Notes under the pieces: generated by a model
The model's input: only the letters and a program-made list of their open reading frames with translations
What the model was told of the DNA's origin: nothing
The model's database searches: none
Shown: positions 13,359 through 27,088 of the stretch, in pieces
How positions within the stretch are numbered: the first letter of the stretch is position 1
Layout of the letters: every line of letters starts with the position of its first letter
Source: an uncultured delta proteobacterium
GTDB lineage: Bacteria > Myxococcota_A > Polyangia > Palsa-1104
NCBI GenBank assembly: GCA_963785725.1
Contig: CAWAWS010000002.1
Coordinates: forward strand, 1 to 64,000
Length of the DNA: 64,000 nucleotides
Direction: 5' to 3'
Made by a program: the position numbers and the translations under genes

Positions 13359-14593
13359 CTAGAATTTGAGAGACGCGGTCAGACCGGCCGAGCCCAGACC
13401 GATGACAGGCGTGAGCGAGAGCTTTTCGCTCTCGGGGTTGATGCGAAACATGCGCGGGCGGTTCATCACCACCAGCACGACGCCCGAGAGCACCGCTGCC
13501 CCGCCGACGCCCCAGAGCGTGAACGCGGAGTATTGCTCGCTCCGGCCCATCGTTTTCTTGTTGGTCAGCGAGCTCGACGGGATGCAGCCCTCGTTGTGGC
13601 GCGCGCTCGAGCAGCTCTCGATGCCAGCTGAATAGCGCTTGAAGCTCTCGTCCGCCTGCCAGTAGAGGATGCCGCCGATGCCACCGACGACGAGGCCGGC
13701 GCCGATTGTGGTGTACGGCAGCCAGTTGGCGAAGCGGCGCTTGTAGCGGGTCAGATCGTCGACGCTGTACAGGTTCACCACGATCGTCGTCTTCTCTCCC
13801 GCCACCAGCGTCGGCGTCTTCTGCGCCGTCAGGTAGCCCGACTTCTCACCGACCACCGTGTGCTGGCCGGCGCGCACCAGCCCCTCGTAGCGTCCCGGCG
13901 CCGTCAACACCTTCTGCCCGTCGAAGGTCACGACCGCGCCGTCGCGCTGGCACTCGATGTCGACGCGCGCCAGCTGCTTGCCGATGAGCGCGCGGTAGTT
14001 GACGGCGTGATCGAACTTGTCGCTGTCGAGCGGCTGCGCGCCGTACTTGAGCGCCTCCTCGAGCTGCGTGTAGACCTCGACCGGTTGATCGAGGTTGAGC
14101 AGCGCCAGCGCGAGGTTGTAGTGAATGCCCGGGTGATCCCAGTGACGGAGCGCTTCGCGATACTTCGCCGTCGCCTGCACGAAGAGCGACTCTTTCAATA
14201 GACCGTTGCCTTCGTGGAACAGATCGAGCGCCACCGTCTTCTCCGCCGGCGGCGCCTTGACCCAGGGATGCTCGGTGTTGCGGCTCTGCTTCAGCTCGGA
14301 CTGCGCCTCCGTCGAGACGCCGCGCTTTGGCGCCGACGTCTCGGCAGGCGTGGCCGAATTCGCTGCGGAAGCCGCGGCGGCGCCGGATTCCGACGGCGAC
14401 AGGGGCGCAGGCTCGGGCGTCGGCGCTGCCGCCGCGTCGGCGGTGGGTTCATGCTTGTGCGAGCGATGCGAATGATGCGACTTCGGCCGCGAGCCCTGCT
14501 GGTCGCTCGCCGGCGGCTCCGCCCACGCAGGCGCCGCCGCGAGCAGCACCACCGCGAGCGCAGCCGAGCGGGTCGATGGCATCGACGCGGTCA

Positions 14594-14597
<4 letters not shown>
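13359..14597 (-). CDS. TPR + PEGA-domain protein
   Basis: Signal peptide (APAWA); TPR helices (ATAKYREALRHWDHPGIHYNLALALL); PEGA-like GAVVTFDG...GQHTVVGEKSGY; C-terminal hydrophobic segments ending in F. Confidence 0.85.
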
Positions 14598-18337
<3,740 letters not shown>

Positions 18338-18543
18338 TCCCTCATCGAAGACCTCACGGCGGTCTGTTTCGTAAACCTGAAGTGCGCGGGAGTAGTCGCG
18401 ACGTAGCGGCTAGCGTTTTGCCGATGGCTGCAAGCAGACCGAGCTCGTCATCCGCCGCCGCGTCGACTGAGGCCGGCAAAGCGCCGATTCTGTTGCGCGG
18501 ATCACGCGCGGTCGCGGCGGCGCGATGGCATGCTGCGAGCCCT

Positions 18544-20865
18544 ATGCGACTTTCAGCGTTGTCGATCGTGCTCGTCATCGCGGCCGGCTGCTCGACCTCG
18601 CCCTCGAAAGGCGGCGCCGACCTCGCCGGCGGCCACGATCTCGCGGCCGCCGATCTCGCGGGCGTCGACGACCTCGCCCGCACGAGCGACCTCGCCGGCG
18701 CCGACCTCGCGAGCCAGGCTGACCTCGCCGGCAGCGCGGATCTCGCCGGCTCGGTGACGCCGACGGGCGACCTCGGCGGCGCGTGTGTCGACGGCACCAC
18801 CGACACGCAGAGCTGCGGCAACTGCGGCACGATGACGCGCACCTGCAGCGGCGGCCAATGGCAAGCGTTCGGCGCCTGCGGCGGCCAAGGCGAGTGCGCG
18901 CCCGGCGCCACCGATACGACGAGCTGCGGCTCGAGCATCGGCGCGTGCATGCCCGGCACCGCGCCGCGCACCTGCTCGGCGACGTGCAGCTGGGACGTGG
19001 GTGCGTGCGGCGGCGCCGGCTACGTCGGCCCGACGCAGGAAGTCTGCGGCGACGGCATCGACAACAACTGCAACGGCGTCATCGACGAGGGCTGCACGTG
19101 CGCGCCGGCGCCGGTCGGCCAGGGCGGCTCGATCACACTGCCGTTCCCGGGCGCCATCAACACGATGATCAGCGATCCCGGCGCCTGCCTCATCTACGCG
19201 GTCTACGTCGGGTTCGCGGCCACGGCCCAGCTCTACGTCTTCGACACGGGGAGCAAGAGCCTGCTGGCGACCATTGCGCTGCCCTACGACACCACCGACA
19301 TCGACATATCGCCGAACGGCAAGTATTTGGTCGTCGCGCACGCGGTAGCCCAGAAGATCTCGGTCATCGACAAGACGACGTGGACCATCGGCAACACGCT
19401 TTCGCTCGCGACCAACGTGCAGCGGATCGAGGTCAGCGACGCCGGCCTCGTCTATTACATCAGCGATTCTTCGTACAGCGAGACGCATCGGCTCGATCTA
19501 TCGGTGGGCGCGAGCTCGGACACCATCATCGGCACGCACGGCGAAGCGGGGCCGGACATCGAGCTGTCCCGCGACGGCAGCGCCCTCTACTCCGGCACCT
19601 CGACCATCGGCAACCTCATCAAATTCGACGTCAGCGGCCCCGGCGACGAGGTCCAGACCGACGTCAGCACGTGGAGCAACGGCGCCTCCAGCGGATTCTT
19701 CAACACCGCTCGCTGGGTGTTCTTGGCGCCGGGCGGCCAGCATGTCTACTACGCCGGTTACCAGCTCGATCCAGGCCACCTCGCCAGCGTCAACGGCTAC
19801 GTCGGCGAGCGCGTGTTGGCCGAAGACGCCGCCGGCACCTTTGCCATCGGGCAGAACGACGTGTTCGACACGAAGCTCATGCTGTCAGTGGCCAAGCTAC
19901 CGGAAGAGACGCAGGCCGCGGCGCTTACCGCCGCCGACGGCGAGGTCTGGTACGCCGGCGGCAGCGGGGTCTACTACCAGAACGTCGGCGACTTCTTGGC
20001 CGGCGTGCCGCTCGGTCAACGCGCCCGCGCGCCCGAGCCGCTCGCCAATTACACCTTTACGCGGCTCGTCGCCGATCCGGTGCGCCCGCGCGTCTACGGG
20101 CTCGACGCTACGCGCCAGCTCGTCGTCGCCATCGACACGACGACGGGCCTCGCGACCGGCGCCATCGTCACGGGCTCGCTGCCGAGCGATATCGACGTCG
20201 CGGCATCGGGTGGCACGTTGTGGGTGGCGCAGGAAGGCATGCTCGGCCTCGGCAAGATCGATCTAGCCAGCTGGCAATTCACCGGCTTCGTGTACATCCC
20301 GCGGGACGGCTACGACGTCGCCACCATCGGCGACCAGTGGGTCGTGGCCGTCGACTACGAGCAAAAGGTGACCCCGATGCTCATCGACGCCGCCAGCGGC
20401 ACCATCGTCGACTCGCTCGCAAACGTCGCCTATCAAGCCACGCTCGCCGCCGCCGGCGACGGCAAGACGCTCTTCATCGGCGACTCGGGACTCTCCACGT
20501 CCAGTGTCAGGCGCTACGACGTCTCCAGCGGCGCGTTCGTGAACATAGCCACGTCCACCGCGTTCAACGCGCCGCCGCGCGCGCTGCAGACGTCGCCCGA
20601 GGGCAGCTTCGTCTACTACGCCGGCAACGCCATCGAAGGTACGCAGCTGCAGACCATCGAGTACGCCGAGAGCGACACGATTCTCGACGTCACGCCGGAC
20701 AATCGGCTGGCCCTCTCCGCCACCGCCGTCTATCGCGCCAGCGACGGCACGAAGCTGGGCGCGCTGCCCGTGACCGCCGCCGCGCAAGCGCTCAGCCCCG
20801 ACGGCAAGTCGCTCTACGTCGTGAGCGGCGGCGCGCTGCAGACGGTCGACCTCACGACCTATTGA
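18544..20865 (+). CDS. Lipoprotein with DLAG spacer repeats, Cys-rich repeats and YncE/YVTN-like beta-propeller(s)
   Basis: MRLSALSIVLVIAAGC lipobox; DLA(G) repeats; EVCGDGIDNNCNGVIDEGC; DIDISPNGKYLVV and LSPDGKSLYV blades. Confidence 0.85.
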   Translation: MRLSALSIVLVIAAGCSTSPSKGGADLAGGHDLAAADLAGVDDLARTSDLAGADLASQADLAGSADLAGSVTPTGDLGGACVDGTTDTQSCGNCGTMTRTCSGGQWQAFGACGGQGECAPGATDTTSCGSSIGACMPGTAPRTCSATCSWDVGACGGAGYVGPTQEVCGDGIDNNCNGVIDEGCTCAPAPVGQGGSITLPFPGAINTMISDPGACLIYAVYVGFAATAQLYVFDTGSKSLLATIALPYDTTDIDISPNGKYLVVAHAVAQKISVIDKTTWTIGNTLSLATNVQRIEVSDAGLVYYISDSSYSETHRLDLSVGASSDTIIGTHGEAGPDIELSRDGSALYSGTSTIGNLIKFDVSGPGDEVQTDVSTWSNGASSGFFNTARWVFLAPGGQHVYYAGYQLDPGHLASVNGYVGERVLAEDAAGTFAIGQNDVFDTKLMLSVAKLPEETQAAALTAADGEVWYAGGSGVYYQNVGDFLAGVPLGQRARAPEPLANYTFTRLVADPVRPRVYGLDATRQLVVAIDTTTGLATGAIVTGSLPSDIDVAASGGTLWVAQEGMLGLGKIDLASWQFTGFVYIPRDGYDVATIGDQWVVAVDYEQKVTPMLIDAASGTIVDSLANVAYQATLAAAGDGKTLFIGDSGLSTSSVRRYDVSSGAFVNIATSTAFNAPPRALQTSPEGSFVYYAGNAIEGTQLQTIEYAESDTILDVTPDNRLALSATAVYRASDGTKLGALPVTAAAQALSPDGKSLYVVSGGALQTVDLTTY

Positions 20866-21079
20866 GACGCATCGCCGCCGCGGGCAGTCGTCGAGGCGAA
20901 AGGTTGGTTTTCAGAAGTGGCGGCACGGAATCGTCCGGCGCATCCGCGGGCGCGTGCGCGGCTACCAGCGTGGACGACATACGACGTTGGCCGAGTGGAT
21001 CGTACGTCGAAGCTTCGGTGGCGGCTCATGCCGGGGCCACGACCGCGAGTGTGACGATCAGGAGCTCCCGTTCATCGCT

Positions 21080-21775
21080 TCACACCCCGGCGAACCACTC
21101 GTAGCCGCGGTCCTCCCAGTAGCCTTGCGTCCGCGTCGGTAGGAAGCTCACCTCGGTGATGTACTTGACCATCTTGTAGCCAAGCTTGACGGCGGAATAG
21201 AGGCGCAGGGGCGCGCCGTGGCCCGGCTGAAGCGGCTCGCCGTTCATGCCATAGGCGAGGATCGACTGCGGGTGGAGCGCGCTCTCGCGATCCCAGCAGG
21301 AGTAATAGCCCGAATCGAACGAGCGGAACTCGAGGTACGGCGCACGCCGATCGGCGCCGACGACCTCCGCCAGATCGCGCACCCGAACGCCGTGCCACGA
21401 AGCGACCGCCGACCAGCCCTCGACGCAGTGGTGCCGCACGCGCACGTCGGTGCGTGCCATTCGCTGCAGCGCTTCGAGATTGAACGATCCCGGCCGCGCC
21501 ACCATGCCCCCGACACGCAGCGCCCATCCCGGCGGCGCGAGCGGTACGGTCGGCGAGATGTAATAGGTGGGGAACCCGCCGGGCGGCGTATTCGCCGATT
21601 CCGGAAGCTCGCGCGCTCGGCGATGGCTGCTGAAGAGCCCGCGTTGAGCCGCATCGTTCCAACGCTCGGAGAGCCCGAGCAGACCCTGACGCGGACGGTC
21701 GCTGCTGCAGGCGGCGATCGAGGCAGCGGCACCGAAGATAAAAGTGCGTCGCGACACGATGGGAGCGCTACTCAC
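21080..21775 (-). CDS. Molybdopterin-dependent oxidoreductase, sulfite-oxidase/MsrP-like catalytic subunit
   Basis: Tat-like SRRTFI; HHCVEGWS with the Mo-ligand Cys; ILAYGMNGEPL...HGAPLRL; GYKMVKY; GYWEDRGYEW. Confidence 0.9.
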   Translation of the reverse strand: MSSAPIVSRRTFIFGAAASIAACSSDRPRQGLLGLSERWNDAAQRGLFSSHRRARELPESANTPPGGFPTYYISPTVPLAPPGWALRVGGMVARPGSFNLEALQRMARTDVRVRHHCVEGWSAVASWHGVRVRDLAEVVGADRRAPYLEFRSFDSGYYSCWDRESALHPQSILAYGMNGEPLQPGHGAPLRLYSAVKLGYKMVKYITEVSFLPTRTQGYWEDRGYEWFAGV

Positions 21776-22415
21776 GCCGGCCTCCGGTGATCATCTCGCT
21801 AATGCTGCGCGGATGAAGCGCGACCAACAGCACGTGGCCGACCGTGAAGAGCGCGAACGCCCCGAGCACCAGCAGGTGCACCGCTCGCGCGGCGTCATAT
21901 CCTCCAAAGGCCGCCGCCAGCCAGTGGAGCTGCACCGGCTTGTAGATGGCGAAGCCGGAGAGCACGATCATGATCGCGAGCAGGAACGCCGCGGTGTACG
22001 CGAGTCGCTGCAGCCCGTTGTAGAGGCCCTGCCTGGGCGCGGTCTGCCGGATCCGCAGATAGTACGCGAGGGTCTGTACTGCGTTGCCTGAGTCGCGCCG
22101 GGGCGAGAAATAGCGGCGCCGCCATTCGCCGCTCAGGGCGAGATAGATGCCATAGGCGAGGCCATTGAGCACGAACAGCCAAGCGAACGCGAAGTGCCAG
22201 GCGCGCCCACCCGCCAGCCAGCCCCCCAGCCGTAGCCAATCGGGAGGTGCGTCGTTCTGGAACGGGTACCAGCCGTAGGGCGCACCCCGGGGACCGAGAG
22301 ACGGAAACGCCGCGAGGATCTGCAAGCCACTGCCCGCCATGATGACCAGGCAAGGCACGTTCACCCAGTGCGTGATGCGCACCATCCACGGCTGCGGGCG
22401 TTTTGTTGGAGCCAT
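21768..22415 (-). CDS. Di-heme cytochrome b (Ni-hydrogenase/thiosulfate-reductase type) membrane partner
   Basis: RITHWVN, AWHFAFAW, YNGLQRLAY, VHL..GHV; four TM helices; GGAGG RBS; overlaps the Mo gene. Confidence 0.9.
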   Translation of the reverse strand: MAPTKRPQPWMVRITHWVNVPCLVIMAGSGLQILAAFPSLGPRGAPYGWYPFQNDAPPDWLRLGGWLAGGRAWHFAFAWLFVLNGLAYGIYLALSGEWRRRYFSPRRDSGNAVQTLAYYLRIRQTAPRQGLYNGLQRLAYTAAFLLAIMIVLSGFAIYKPVQLHWLAAAFGGYDAARAVHLLVLGAFALFTVGHVLLVALHPRSISEMITGGRRE

Positions 22416-22581
22416 CTGTCGCACCTCCGCCGGCCGACGCAGAGAATAAGCGCGACGTTGCTCGACGCCATCCTGTGAGCCCCGCAGCCATACATCCCGG
22501 GCTCCGCTAACGCTCTTCCCGCCTGCAGAGGCGATCGACCAGCGCGCGTCGCAGCGCGGTCGGATCAGCGACCGCCGTCTG

Positions 22582-23394
22582 TTACCGGAGCCTGAGTGCC
22601 TCCTCGAGCGCCTTGCCCTCCTTGCGCGCTTGCGCCCACGTGATCGGGACGACGCGAACCTCGCCCGAATGCTCGGCGTGCTGCAGATGCTTCAATGCTT
22701 CGAGAATCATGCGTCGCTGTAGCTCGCGGTGATGGGGCACGCCGAAGTGGTGACCCATCATGAACGGCGCGAACACGACACGCGGCGGCTTGGCCATCTC
22801 GGACACGTCACGTGCGACCGACATGCTGACGGTAGGAATGCCTCGGCGTTCAATGGCGCGCTGCACGAGCGCGATCGATTGATGACAGATGGGTCAAGCA
22901 GGGCACAGAAGGACGATGTCCGCGTGCTCGCCCAAGACCGCACCGGCGATCTGCTCGGCGAGGTCCAGCTCGACGCGTTCGGGGTCCATGTTGTAGCCGA
23001 TGAAGCTGAAGAAGTGCTCGGTGAGGCCGCCGATCACGCCCTCGGTGGCCAGCTCCTGCAGCCGCTCGATCGGGAAGATAACGTTGAGGTCCTCGTGCGC
23101 GCCGAACGTCGGATACTTGATCTGGTGAATCTCGAGGTCGGCTGGCCGCGCGGTCGACGGTACGCGCCGGAAGGTGTAGTCGCCGATCGGGTGCGCCGTA
23201 TCGAGCGGCAGCGAGCCGCGCGGCTGCACGCCGGCGGTGCTGACGAAGGCCAGGCGGCATTCGGCCAGCGGCTTGCGCATGGACGCGAGGGGGACGAAGT
23301 CGCGCTTCTCGATCATCGATCCCGGATAGCGGTCGTTGATCGTGTGCCATAGCTTGGAGCGCAGCTGCGCGTGATCGTCAGAGGTCGCCGTCAT
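22582..23394 (-). CDS. Selenoprotein of the glycine/sarcosine/betaine reductase B / D-proline reductase PrdB family (Sec at codon 167)
   Basis: ORFs 22894..23394 and 22582..22866 are one frame joined by TGA (22894-22896), reading LLCPA-U-PICHQSIALVQRAIERRGIPTV. Also VSTAG, GDYTFR, DLNVIFP..RL.EL...GVIG and PPR.VF.PF..G. Confidence 0.9.
22850..22882 (-). promoter_or_regulatory. Candidate bacterial SECIS hairpin
   Basis: +12 to +44 after UGA: UCAAU-CGAU-CGCGCU-[CGUGC]-AGCGCG-CC-AUUGA, with G at the second loop position followed by U. Confidence 0.7.
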
Positions 23395-23668
23395 GGATCC
23401 ACTCTCCCGAACGCTTGACCAAGTAGAAGTGCAGCTGAAAAAAGAGATGCGCCAGGGTCGCCGGATCGTGGCGCTCGACGGTGTCGAGGATGAAGCCGCG
23501 ATCGGTCGGCGGCACGTCGAGAAGAAGCTCGAGCGCCACCGTCCACGCCTTGTCGATCTCGCGCCGTCCCGCGTTCTCGTCGCCGTCGCCGAGGTGGAGG
23601 CGAACGAAGCGGATGAGCTTGTCGCGCTCGCCGGCGGCGAGCGCTTCCTTCAGGTATGCGACCGACAT
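23378..23668 (-). CDS. Hypothetical helical protein (96 aa) in the nitrilase-selenoprotein operon
   Basis: AGGAG RBS just after the nitrilase stop; 17-nt overlap with the selenoprotein start; natural amino-acid composition. Confidence 0.8.
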   Translation of the reverse strand: MSVAYLKEALAAGERDKLIRFVRLHLGDGDENAGRREIDKAWTVALELLLDVPPTDRGFILDTVERHDPATLAHLFFQLHFYLVKRSGEWIHDGDL

Positions 23669-23677
23669 GAAAGCTCC

Positions 23678-24607
23678 TCATTCATCCTCGAAGCGCGCCG
23701 CCCGACGCCGGCGGCGATCGACGTCGACGCGGAACACGTCGGGTCGGCCGTAATGACCGGTACAGTCGAAGTTCTGTCGCTCGCGCGCGACCGCGCCAAG
23801 GTCGAGGTCGGCGACGACGAGCGTGCGCTCGTGTGCCAGCGGAGGTACTAGCCACTGACCGTCCGGCCGCGCGATCGCCGTACCGCCATCGTGGAAGACA
23901 CCGTCAGCCGGTAGGCGATCGGCGAGCGGAAAACCTGCCGGGATATCACCGCGGTGGAGGGCCGACGACGCGGACAGCACGAAGACGCGTCCCTCGAGCG
24001 CGACGAAGCGCGTGATGTCGACCGTGTTGCGCACGGATCCCGGCCAGAGCGCGACGTGAATGTCGATTCCATCGGCGTAGAGCGCGTGTCGCGCCTGCGG
24101 CATCCAGTTCTCCCAGCAGTTGAGGACACCGACGCGCGCGTCGTCCACGGCGTGCGCCCGCAGGCCATGGCCGTCGCCTGGCGCCCAGACCAGGCGCTCC
24201 TCGTAGGTCGGCACGAGCTTGCGGTGGACGCCGACCACTCCCAGGCGCGGACTGATGAACAGCGCCGTGCAATAGAGCGAGCGGGAGCCCGGGGTACGCT
24301 CGACGACGCCGAGCACCACGAAGATCCCGTGGCGCGCTGCTTCGGCCGTGATGGCGGCGACCTCCGGCCCGTCGAGCTGAACGGCGGCCGCGACGTAGGC
24401 GGCGTAGGCCTCTTTTTGGCGCGGGTCGTCGAAGCGCGCGCCGTCGGTGAGGCTGAGCCAGAACGGGTAGCCGGGCAAGAATGCTTCACCGAACGCGACC
24501 AGCCGCGCCCCGGTCGCGGCGGCGCGCCCGATCCAAGCGACGACACGCGCCGCCGTCGCCTCGCGATCGAGGAAAACCGGGGCATCCTGTACGCAAGCGA
24601 CGCGCAT
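23678..24607 (-). CDS. Nitrilase (carbon-nitrogen hydrolase, class 1-like)
   Basis: Catalytic triad E (GEAFLPGYP), K (HRKLVPT), C (LNCWENWMP); C-terminal GHYGRPDVF. Confidence 0.93.
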   Translation of the reverse strand: MRVACVQDAPVFLDREATAARVVAWIGRAAATGARLVAFGEAFLPGYPFWLSLTDGARFDDPRQKEAYAAYVAAAVQLDGPEVAAITAEAARHGIFVVLGVVERTPGSRSLYCTALFISPRLGVVGVHRKLVPTYEERLVWAPGDGHGLRAHAVDDARVGVLNCWENWMPQARHALYADGIDIHVALWPGSVRNTVDITRFVALEGRVFVLSASSALHRGDIPAGFPLADRLPADGVFHDGGTAIARPDGQWLVPPLAHERTLVVADLDLGAVARERQNFDCTGHYGRPDVFRVDVDRRRRRAARFEDE

Positions 24608-24681
24608 TCCTTGATCTACGCCAAACGTCTTTGCGACATCGTTAGAGCTTTCGCGACGAATCGATCGACGTAGGGCAACGC

Positions 24682-24888
24682 TCAGTGCCTGCCACGACCG
24701 AGCTGACGTACCGCATCGAGGATGGCTCCGAGCTCGAGGCGCGTCGTATAATTGGGATCGACGAACGCGAGACGCACCATTCCGCCCCCCAAGGTGCGGG
24801 CAACCTCCGGCGGCACATGCGCGGCCATTTCCTTGAGGAATTCGTCGATTCGGTCCTGGAGATGTGGCGCCTCGGCGTTGGTCGTCAT
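24682..24888 (-). pseudogene. Internally deleted peroxiredoxin-like paralog
   Basis: N-terminus MTTNAEAPHLQDRIDEFL, close to the copy at 1394, joined directly to a C-terminal VRLAFVDPNYTTRLE..AIL. The CxxC core is absent. Confidence 0.75.
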
Positions 24889-25101
24889 GCTGACCCCCGA
24901 GAGGCCTACGCCGGACCGGGCGCCAGGTATCGTTAGAAGTTCATCTGTTTCGTATGAACAGACCGGCCGAGTCCGTGTCGCGGCGCCGTGGTCAGCTCGC
25001 GACGAGGCGGTCGAGGCCCGCGAGCGGCCCGCCTGCTTGCTGAATTCGCCCTCCCCGAAACCAGTCCGCCGAGATCAACAGCGAAGAACCCGAAGCTCTC
25101 G

Positions 25102-25240
25102 ATGAGAGCCCTTGACGAAGGGAATGCGTTCGACCAGACGCGTCTCGCCGAGCGCACCCTCATCGGCGGCGCGGCAGCGATAGGATACGGCGTTCGCGGC
25201 GGCACAAAGGATCTCGACACGCTCACTGAGCCTGACGGGG
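25102..25240 (+). pseudogene. Nucleotidyltransferase-like fragment
   Basis: LIGGAAAIGYGVRGGTKDLD resembles the GG..A...TxDxD motif; no coherent continuation. Confidence 0.45.
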
Positions 25241-25326
25241 CTAGGGAGAGCCATCACGCTGGCTCGCGCAGAGACGGGCCTAGATATTGCGCCCGTGTCG
25301 CTCGCGTTGAGCGCGTGCGGGGCCGA

Positions 25327-25854
25327 CTACTTGCTGCCGTTGATGAACTGGATCGGCACGAACTTGATTGGCCGCACGAACGTCACCCACTGCACGTAGT
25401 GCTTGCCGAGATAGGTCACGTCGAAAACGACCGGCAAGCTGTCAGTGGTGCTCGGCTGGATCCAGACGCGCGTCGGATTTCCTTCGAGCGACGTGTCCTC
25501 GTAGTACCAGCCGTCGCTGCCCTCGGTCATCGTGTTGACGCCCCAAAAATGCGTGACCGAGCCGGTGAAGGTGAAGTCGGTGGTCGCCACGTTCAACGTC
25601 GGCAGCAGCTTGACGCCGTCGGTGATCGAGCAGATGTCGCCGCTGCAGACCTCGGTCGGATCGTCGACGCACACGGTGTCGACGGCCAAGTCGTTCATCT
25701 GATAGGAGACCTGAGATTGCGGATAATAAGGCGGCGTGCCGCTGATCACCCAACTCCCCGTGTACGGCGGAGAAACGCACAGGCCGGCGTGCGCGGGCGC
25801 GGCGGCGAGCGAGGTGATGGCGGCGACGGCAAAGGCGAACAGACTCTTGTTCAT
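25327..25854 (-). CDS. Secreted hypothetical protein
   Basis: Signal MNKSLFAFAVAAITSLAAAPAHA; AGGAG RBS; Cys-containing beta-rich body. Confidence 0.8.
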   Translation of the reverse strand: MNKSLFAFAVAAITSLAAAPAHAGLCVSPPYTGSWVISGTPPYYPQSQVSYQMNDLAVDTVCVDDPTEVCSGDICSITDGVKLLPTLNVATTDFTFTGSVTHFWGVNTMTEGSDGWYYEDTSLEGNPTRVWIQPSTTDSLPVVFDVTYLGKHYVQWVTFVRPIKFVPIQFINGSK

Positions 25855-26707
25855 TTTGAAAGGGCTCCTCACCCGGCTCTCGGTGGGCCGGCGCTCGACT
25901 GCATGAGCAAGCGATGTGCCGAGCGTCGAGGGGCGCACGCCGCCGTCGTCGCCCGTGCCTGTGGCTCGACGAGCGACAGCGGTTTGGGCTCGCGACACGC
26001 GCGCTTCCGCTAGGAGCGCCGATGGGCATGGCCCGAGCGCCGCGCGTTACGCGGAATTGGCGCGAGCAAACCGCGTTGCACGGCGGTAGCCACCCTGCAG
26101 CCGCGACGGCTACAACCGCGCGCGCCGCGCGCGAGACCGCGAATTCGCTGCTTATGGGTGCTGCTCCTCGATGCGGTCTGCGCGCGCGATCCGCAGCGTG
26201 CAGAGTGGGCACCTGATTTTTTGGCAGCCATCGGCGTTGCGCGACGTCCTCAATTGTTCGCGGATATCACCGCCGCGCTGCAAGAGCCCGGGGCCAGCCG
26301 CTCGTCGTGACCGATCATGTCACCAGCTGGTAAGACCTCGATTGGATCGACGACACGCGACGGCGCCGCAGTCACGAACCTAACGAGCACCCCGGCGACC
26401 AGCGTCTACCTCGTCGCGTGCGGCGGCAGCGGCGGCAAGCACACGCTGGTGTTCTCTCCGTATCGCGCGATCGGCGCAGAGCGATCCACGAATGTTGCTT
26501 GCTCATTAAATTTAGCTCGTACGCGCTGCGGAAGTGGCAGCGCAGGTGGCAGAAGACGATGAGCGCCGCGTGAGACGCAGGCTCATCGATTCGCCCCCGG
26601 CGTAGATTCTTGGGCTACACCTCGTCACGCATCAACAAGCGCCGCCAGCAGTCGACGCGGGCACGCCGGTTGCTTAGCAGACGCCAAACTCTGCAAGGGG
26701 AACACTT

Positions 26708-27088
26708 ATGATCAAGTCGCTCTCGACCGCCGCCGTGCTCCTGGGAACCGTCTCGTTCGGTCTGCCGGCGCTGGCCTCCCCGCCCAACGCCAACTTCAGC
26801 GTCTTCTACATTCAGAATTCGCCGGCGTCGGGGATGGGAAACCCTGGCTTCTGCCTTTTCGCCGCCCACGATGCGCTCGAACAAAACGGATTCACCAACA
26901 TCGGTGAAGACAGCACTGAGGTCTGGGGCGACAACGGCGATACGCTGGTCTATGTGAGCTGCGTTCCTTATGGGTCTGGAAGCCAGTGGGCAGGCGCGAG
27001 CGTCGTGGCTGCCGGCCCCGTCTACGCCACGACCGAGTCGTGGCGCAACAGCATCCGCAGCTACATGCAGAACATCAAGTGGCTCTGA
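26708..27088 (+). CDS. Secreted hypothetical protein
   Basis: Signal MIKSLSTAAVLLGTVSFGLPALA; GGGGA RBS; host-like codon usage. Confidence 0.8.
   Translation: MIKSLSTAAVLLGTVSFGLPALASPPNANFSVFYIQNSPASGMGNPGFCLFAAHDALEQNGFTNIGEDSTEVWGDNGDTLVYVSCVPYGSGSQWAGASVVAAGPVYATTESWRNSIRSYMQNIKWL

Noticed and set aside
22894..22896. TGA as a true stop or nonsense mutation
   Set aside because: It falls at the family's Sec position in UxxC, both halves are intact and a SECIS-like hairpin follows.
25860..26700. Several short overlapping ORFs in a long intergenic stretch (also 32407..32727)
   Set aside because: No convincing RBS, motif or codon pattern; probably decayed sequence.
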